A stretch of DNA of 22,353 nt from an uncultured archaeon. GTDB lineage: Archaea; Asgardarchaeota; Heimdallarchaeia; Heimdallarchaeales; Kariarchaeaceae. The first letter of the stretch is position 1, and each line of letters starts with the position of its first letter. Both the position numbers and the translations under genes were made by a program. The notes under the pieces were generated by a model. The model ran no database searches, was not told the origin of the DNA, and saw nothing but the letters and a program-made list of their open reading frames with translations. Below, one piece after another: positions 17,301-22,353 of the stretch. Location of the stretch: positions 28,414 through 50,766 of the forward strand of contig CAZYCQ010000016.1 of assembly GCA_964645535.1 (NCBI GenBank). The letters run 5' to 3'.

Positions 17301-18302
17301 GTGGGCTTTGATACCAATTTCAGCTTTGACAGCTCGGAAGATGGCATTGCGGAGATGTCTTTTTCCACTTTGGCCAATTATGTCGCCCAATGCGCATCTA
17401 TTGCCTTAACAATCCACAACTCTCCCCTTCTTCTTCAAGGTATTCTTAATCTTGAAAAACCCTATTGGGAAAGCTTTGTGCGGAATGTCTTCGCAAATAT
17501 AGGATCTTCCTCCACCTACTTCGATGCTGCCAAACGTGGTGTCCTGTGCCAAAGGGAATACCTAGACCCTTTTGAGGTGGAACTCGGCATTCTCTTTTCA
17601 CAAGCCCACAAACAGGTTAAGGTATGGCAGTCTGGCAATGACCGGCTGATCCGTTCCATTTTTCTGTATGTCCCATTGAGCCTCGGTGCAGGATATGAAC
17701 TTTCCTTCAGAAATTCCATCTCCGGTAATTTCAATATGGAAATCCTTCGGGATGCCGCGTCAGAATTCATAGAAAGCTCCATGCCGGATGATGTGGTTCG
17801 TGTCATAGAACTTCTCTTCACCCTTGATGTGAGTGATAGGGACATGATTTCGTTGGCCAATGCCCAAATCGCTCAGGCCATTGAAGATTTTCAGAAAGCA
17901 GACATGTCTTTGCTAGATTTTTTCAAGATGGCAAGCATGCAGAACCTGATCTATGAGGAATTGTCCAATTCATTCGAAATCATTTTCGGAAAGGGCATCA
18001 AGGCATTCGAAGAAGCCTACAGTGAATCTGAGGACTTAGTACAATCGATAGGCCATACCTATCTCTCCCTCCTAAGTGAATTCAAGGATTCATACCTAAT
18101 GGCCACTGACAGATCTGATCTAGCTAGACGGGTACAGGTTCAGGCAAAAGATGCCATTGCCAATGGCGGGTTGCTTACCGAGGATGGGCGTGAATCCACT
18201 AATGCTTTGATACGATCCTTGGTTGGCCATACCCCTCGTGCCATCGAGGCGCTGACAACTGCGGTCACTTTTATTGCCATTCTTGCAGGAGTTCGACCCT
18301 AA
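17301..18302 (+). CDS. CitG (triphosphoribosyl-dephospho-CoA synthase)-like protein with degenerate motifs
   Basis: Layout follows archaeal CitG-family proteins (AQCASIAL..., LGILFSQA...WQSG..., LYVPL..GAG, IYEEL.N.F, YL.LL.E..DS, GGLLT..GR, T.AVTFIA.L), but the signature motifs are altered. Start GTG 17301 or ATG 17355. Confidence 0.7.
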   Translation: MGFDTNFSFDSSEDGIAEMSFSTLANYVAQCASIALTIHNSPLLLQGILNLEKPYWESFVRNVFANIGSSSTYFDAAKRGVLCQREYLDPFEVELGILFSQAHKQVKVWQSGNDRLIRSIFLYVPLSLGAGYELSFRNSISGNFNMEILRDAASEFIESSMPDDVVRVIELLFTLDVSDRDMISLANAQIAQAIEDFQKADMSLLDFFKMASMQNLIYEELSNSFEIIFGKGIKAFEEAYSESEDLVQSIGHTYLSLLSEFKDSYLMATDRSDLARRVQVQAKDAIANGGLLTEDGRESTNALIRSLVGHTPRAIEALTTAVTFIAILAGVRP

Positions 18303-18350
18303 CTGCTTCGGTTGTGAAAGTACCAAGTGGAATCAAACGCGATTTGGATG

Positions 18351-18397
18351 GAAAAGTTTATATAGTATCTGGAGTATTATACATTGGATATAATACT
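18351..18397 (+). promoter_or_regulatory. grpE-dnaK-dnaJ promoter: BRE/TATA (GAAAAG-TTTATATA) followed by a 9-7-9 inverted repeat
   Basis: GAAAAGTTTATATA at 18351-18364; AGTATTATA (18373-18381)-N7-TATAATACT (18389-18397) spans the expected transcription start. Confidence 0.7.
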
Positions 18398-18436
18398 TGG
18401 GGCATCATACTGCTCGCATAAAAATCGGTGATCATC

Positions 18437-19147
18437 ATGTCTGAAGGAGAACAAGAAGTTTTACAGCAACAGAAAGAAAAAGAAAGACTCAAGAACGAAG
18501 AAAAACAGGAGGTTCCTCCTTCCAACGATGAAGTTGAAAAGAATGATGCCAAGGAATCCTCGGAAAATAATACACAAGATACACAGGAGAAAGAGGAAGT
18601 GCAACAAAAAGAAGAAACTGTCCAAATTTCTAAACAAAGGTATGAGGAATTGGTAAATGCTGAAGCTATTGCACTTGAAGAAGTGAAGCGGGCTAGAGCA
18701 GACAGTATCAATTTCAGACGGCGAGTTGAGAAGGAAAAGGAGGAATTCCAGAAATTTGCCTCCGCAAAGGTATTCAAAAAATTGATCCCCCTTCTTGATG
18801 ACATTAGGCGATTGATCGATCATGGACAGAAGGATATTCCCGAAACCCATTTGGAATCCATCAAGGCGCTCGAACAGAGATTGACCTCCATATTCCAGCA
18901 GGAAGGTGTGAAAATCATCGAGATCTCCAAGAAAAAAACAAAATTTGATCCTCGATATCATGAAGCTGTCTTCGCACAACCTACTGATGAGGTCGAGCCT
19001 AACGTCATCCTGGAAGTTGTCTCAAATGGCTTTTACAAGGACGATACTGTCCTTCGACCCGCAAAGGTGGTAATCTCCAAAGCCATTGAACAACCCAAGA
19101 AGGCAGGAGATGCCCCAAGTAAAACCAATCAAGAAAACAAGAGGTGA
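18437..19147 (+). CDS. grpE: Nucleotide exchange factor GrpE
   Basis: [27 protein letters not shown]...VLRPAKVVI; SD GGTGAT before ATG 18437. Confidence 0.96.
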   Translation: MSEGEQEVLQQQKEKERLKNEEKQEVPPSNDEVEKNDAKESSENNTQDTQEKEEVQQKEETVQISKQRYEELVNAEAIALEEVKRARADSINFRRRVEKEKEEFQKFASAKVFKKLIPLLDDIRRLIDHGQKDIPETHLESIKALEQRLTSIFQQEGVKIIEISKKKTKFDPRYHEAVFAQPTDEVEPNVILEVVSNGFYKDDTVLRPAKVVISKAIEQPKKAGDAPSKTNQENKR

Positions 19148-19152
19148 AAGCT

Positions 19153-21021
19153 ATGGCAAAAGAAATAGTGATCGGTATTGATCTCGGTACTACAAACTCT
19201 GTAGCTGCATATTTGGAAAATGGAAAACCAAAGATCATCCCCTCAGCAGAGGGTGGAAATCTGACTCCGTCTGTAGTCAGCTTCAATGAGGATGGCAGTG
19301 TAGTTGTTGGTATCCTCGCTAAAAGGCAGGCAGTTGCCAAACCAGAAACCACAGTCATCGAATCCAAAAGATGGATGGGTACCAACAAGAAATACAAGAT
19401 TTACGGCAAGGAATACACTCCTCAGGAAATTGCGGCATTTATTCTTCAGAAAATCAAGAAAGATGCTGAAGAATACTTCGGCCAACCCGTCAACAAGGCA
19501 GTGATTACTGTACCTGCATATTTCAGTGACAGCCAAAGAACTGCTACAAGGGATGCTGGACGAATTGCTGGGTTTGAAGTTCTTAGGATAGTGGCTGAAC
19601 CCACTGCTTCCGCACTTGCCTATGGGCTTGACAAGGATCAGGCAGAAACCATCCTTGTCTATGACCTTGGCGGTGGTACATTCGATGTATCCGTTTTGGA
19701 ACTTGATGAGGGCATTTTCGAAGTGAAGGCCACATCTGGTAACAACAAGCTCGGTGGAAAGGACTTTGACCAACGCATCGTGGATTGGCTGATCGAGGAA
19801 TTCAAGAAGGACACAGGCATCGATCTCTCGAATGATCGAATCGCCCTCCAGAGGCTTAAGGATGCTGCTGAAGAAGCAAAAATCGCTCTTTCCACGGTCA
19901 TGCAGACCAGCATCAACCTGAATTACATCACGGCCGATGCTTCCGGTCCGAAACACCTCAACAAGACCTTGACTCGAGCCAAATTCGAGGAACTGACAAG
20001 GGATCTTGTTGAATCCACCGTCGGTCCACTCAAACAGGCTGTCAAAGATGCTGGAAAGACAATGTCGGATATAGACAAGGTCATTCTGGTAGGTGGATCA
20101 ACCAGAATTCCTGCAATTCAGAAACTGGTCAAGGAGGTCACTGGAAAAGACCCCTACAAGGGAATTGATCCTGATCTCGTTGTTGCTGAAGGTGCGGCAA
20201 TCCAGGCAGGCGTTCTGACAGGAGAAGTCGAAGACGTCCTTCTGTTGGATGTCACCCCACTCACATTGGGTGTTGAGACACTTGGTGGTGTCATGACCCC
20301 AATTATTGAACGGAACACAACAATCCCCACAAGAAAATCCCAGATATTCAGCACCGCTTCGGACAACCAGACCAGTGTCGAAATCCATGTGCTCCAAGGT
20401 GAGAGGCCAAAAGCCAAGGACAACATCTCTTTGGGTAAGTTCTCCTTGGTTGGAATTCCACCAGCTCCGAGAGGTGTACCTCAAATTGAGGTTACATTCG
20501 ATATCGATAGCAATGGAATTGTCCACGTAACCGCTAAGGACAAAGCAACCGGTAAAGAACAGGCCATCACCATTGATCGGGCACAGACATCCCTGACCGA
20601 GGAAGAAATTCAGCAGAAAATCAAGGAGGCTGAACTCCATGCTGAAGAGGACAGAAAATTCAGGGAGCTTGTCCAGCAGAAGAATGAACTTGAAGCCCTT
20701 ACCATAAGCATCAGAAACACTGTAAGGGAAGCTGGAGACAAGCTCACTGAAGAAGAAAAGAAGGAAATTGAGGAAATGGTCAAGAAAGCGGACGAAGCAA
20801 TCCAATCCGATGATATGGATACCATTGTCCGTGCCAAGGAGGAACTGACCAACAACTTCCAAAAATATGCAACCAAACTTTATGCAGCCCAAGGTGGAAT
20901 GCCCAACCAAGGTGATTTCGGAGTAACTCCCGATACCGCCAAATCCTCAAGCTCTGACTCCACACCTTCCGATGACGGATACATAGATGTGGATTATGAG
21001 ATTGAGGACGACGATAATTAA
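19153..21021 (+). CDS. dnaK: Molecular chaperone DnaK (Hsp70)
   Basis: [47 protein letters not shown]; SD GAGGTGA overlaps the grpE stop, giving ATG 19153. Confidence 0.98.
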   Translation: MAKEIVIGIDLGTTNSVAAYLENGKPKIIPSAEGGNLTPSVVSFNEDGSVVVGILAKRQAVAKPETTVIESKRWMGTNKKYKIYGKEYTPQEIAAFILQKIKKDAEEYFGQPVNKAVITVPAYFSDSQRTATRDAGRIAGFEVLRIVAEPTASALAYGLDKDQAETILVYDLGGGTFDVSVLELDEGIFEVKATSGNNKLGGKDFDQRIVDWLIEEFKKDTGIDLSNDRIALQRLKDAAEEAKIALSTVMQTSINLNYITADASGPKHLNKTLTRAKFEELTRDLVESTVGPLKQAVKDAGKTMSDIDKVILVGGSTRIPAIQKLVKEVTGKDPYKGIDPDLVVAEGAAIQAGVLTGEVEDVLLLDVTPLTLGVETLGGVMTPIIERNTTIPTRKSQIFSTASDNQTSVEIHVLQGERPKAKDNISLGKFSLVGIPPAPRGVPQIEVTFDIDSNGIVHVTAKDKATGKEQAITIDRAQTSLTEEEIQQKIKEAELHAEEDRKFRELVQQKNELEALTISIRNTVREAGDKLTEEEKKEIEEMVKKADEAIQSDDMDTIVRAKEELTNNFQKYATKLYAAQGGMPNQGDFGVTPDTAKSSSSDSTPSDDGYIDVDYEIEDDDN

Positions 21022-21075
21022 GCATAAAGTATAATACTTGACCTTCCTCGCCTCATTAAAGGATGTGGGGTATGA

Positions 21076-21094
21076 AATCCCTTTTGTGGGGATT
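21076..21094 (+). other. Small stem-loop between dnaK and dnaJ (possible partial terminator or processing site)
   Basis: AATCCC-TTTTGTG-GGGATT inverted repeat. Confidence 0.35.
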
Positions 21095-21126
21095 GAGTTT
21101 AAAGAAAATAGAGGACGGATGATCAA

Positions 21127-22263
21127 ATGGCGAAAAAAGAAGATTATTATAAAATTTTAGGTGTCAGCCGCGATGCGGATCAAGCAACCATCAAAAAAGC
21201 ATACCGCAAAAAGGCAATGGAATATCACCCAGATCGGTACAAAGGAAGCAAAGAAGAGGCTGAGGAGAAATTCAAGCAACTAAATGAGGCCTATACCGTC
21301 CTTTCTGATCCAGAACAAAGACGGATTTATGATCAGTTTGGTCATGAGGGTCTAGATCCAAGTATCCACCGTAACGTTTACCAGACAGATCCCTTCGATT
21401 TCATCTCCTCGATTTTTGGAGATATCTTTGGCGGAGGTTTCAGAAGAGGCGGCTTTGATGATTTTGGGTTCGGAAGATCTGCTCGGCAGACCACAAGAAA
21501 AACCAAGGGTCGCGATGCAGTTCTCGATCTCCCATTGACCTATGAGGAAGTCTATTCTGGAACCTCTAAAAAAGTGAAACTTCCATACAAAAAGGCTTGT
21601 AATGTCTGCAAAGGGACTGGCGGCGCTCCTGACAGTCCAATGAGGACTTGTCCTGAGTGCGGTGGACACGGTGTTGTGGAAAAGCATAGCAGACAGGGAA
21701 TGTTTGTTCATATCACTCGATCCACCTGTCAACAATGCAAAGGTCGAGGTCAGATCCCCGGAAAGGTCTGCAAGACTTGCAAAGGAAAAGGCCATCTTGA
21801 GGAACGAGAGGTTATTACAGTCAAGATTCCTCCTGGTGTGGATGAAGGGGAGCTTATCCGAGTTCAAGGAAAGGGCTATCCTTCAGAGAACGGTGGTGAA
21901 CCAGGAGACCTGATCTTCAGGATCAGTATGAAACCTCATCCCATATTCCAGAGAAATGGTCTCGATACCTACATGGAGCTTGCCATTCCATTTGACATTG
22001 CTGCATTGGGTGGTGAAATCGAAGTCCCTGTGATCTCCGGGAAAGACGAAAAACGAACGGCAACGCTGAAAGTTCCATCAGGAACAAAAGTCGGAGATCA
22101 ACTGAAAATCAAGGGTGTTGGTTTCAGAAGAAAGATGAGAGGAAGAGATAGTGTCGGTGACGGGTATTACGTCATCACCATCCAAGTTCCATCCAAGCTG
22201 ACAAGAGAGGAAAAACAGGCTTTGATGAAATTCAGAGAGGCAAGAATGAAGGCAGGTCATTGA
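21127..22263 (+). CDS. dnaJ: Class A J-domain chaperone DnaJ
   Basis: J domain with HPD, G/F-rich linker, four CxxCxGxG zinc-finger motifs, C-terminal domain. Confidence 0.97.
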   Translation: MAKKEDYYKILGVSRDADQATIKKAYRKKAMEYHPDRYKGSKEEAEEKFKQLNEAYTVLSDPEQRRIYDQFGHEGLDPSIHRNVYQTDPFDFISSIFGDIFGGGFRRGGFDDFGFGRSARQTTRKTKGRDAVLDLPLTYEEVYSGTSKKVKLPYKKACNVCKGTGGAPDSPMRTCPECGGHGVVEKHSRQGMFVHITRSTCQQCKGRGQIPGKVCKTCKGKGHLEEREVITVKIPPGVDEGELIRVQGKGYPSENGGEPGDLIFRISMKPHPIFQRNGLDTYMELAIPFDIAALGGEIEVPVISGKDEKRTATLKVPSGTKVGDQLKIKGVGFRRKMRGRDSVGDGYYVITIQVPSKLTREEKQALMKFREARMKAGH

Positions 22264-22353
22264 TCCTCCTCAAGTCCAAATTCCTTTCTAATGGTTTCAG
22301 GATCGATCTGGTACTTTTCCTGATTCAATTCAAAATCAAGATTGACCTTCTCT
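22257..22353 (-). CDS. 3' end of a convergent gene of unknown function
   Basis: Open frame EKVNLDFELNQEKYQIDPETIRKEFGLEEDQ* ending at TGA 22259-22257, overlapping dnaJ by 7 nt. Confidence 0.5.
   Translation of the reverse strand, partial: EKVNLDFELNQEKYQIDPETIRKEFGLEEDQ

Noticed and set aside
18303-18436. CIRCE/HrcA regulation of the dnaK operon
   Set aside because: No TTAGCACTC-N9-GAGTGCTAA match and no hrcA gene in the window.
19243-20910. Long antisense ORFs opposite dnaK (237 aa and 270 aa)
   Set aside because: Long antisense frames opposite Hsp70 genes are a familiar by-product of codon usage; no independent coding signal.
1-22353. tRNA, rRNA, transposase or integrase
   Set aside because: Intergenic gaps are short and show no cloverleaf, terminal inverted repeats or recombinase motifs that I could recognise.

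Overview
Gene-dense archaeal chromosomal segment, most consistent with an Asgard archaeon. The evidence is an archaeal-type DnaG, a TrmB regulator, TATA/BRE-like promoters, a longin+roadblock-like protein, a Shoc2-like LRR protein and a bacterial-type grpE-dnaK-dnaJ; the taxonomy is inferred, not searched. Left to right: a secreted PKD + DUF285/BspA 25-aa-repeat surface protein that runs off the left edge (absent from the ORF track); a co-directional run of LRR protein, processive cellulose-synthase-like GT2, FAD-linked oxidase and membrane-anchored beta-helix protein; archaeal dnaG, apparently with a non-canonical ATA/ATT start; a divergent longin-roadblock fusion protein; a sequon-rich surface protein; a tldD/pmbA pair; trmB; a CitG-like protein with degenerate motifs; grpE-dnaK-dnaJ; and the 3' end of a convergent gene. 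No rRNA, tRNA, CRISPR array or mobile element was recognised. Best leads: the longin-roadblock multidomain protein, a palindromic operator at the grpE promoter whose half-site recurs before dnaJ, the CitG-like probable pseudoenzyme, the dnaG start codon, and the GT2 + beta-helix polysaccharide module.
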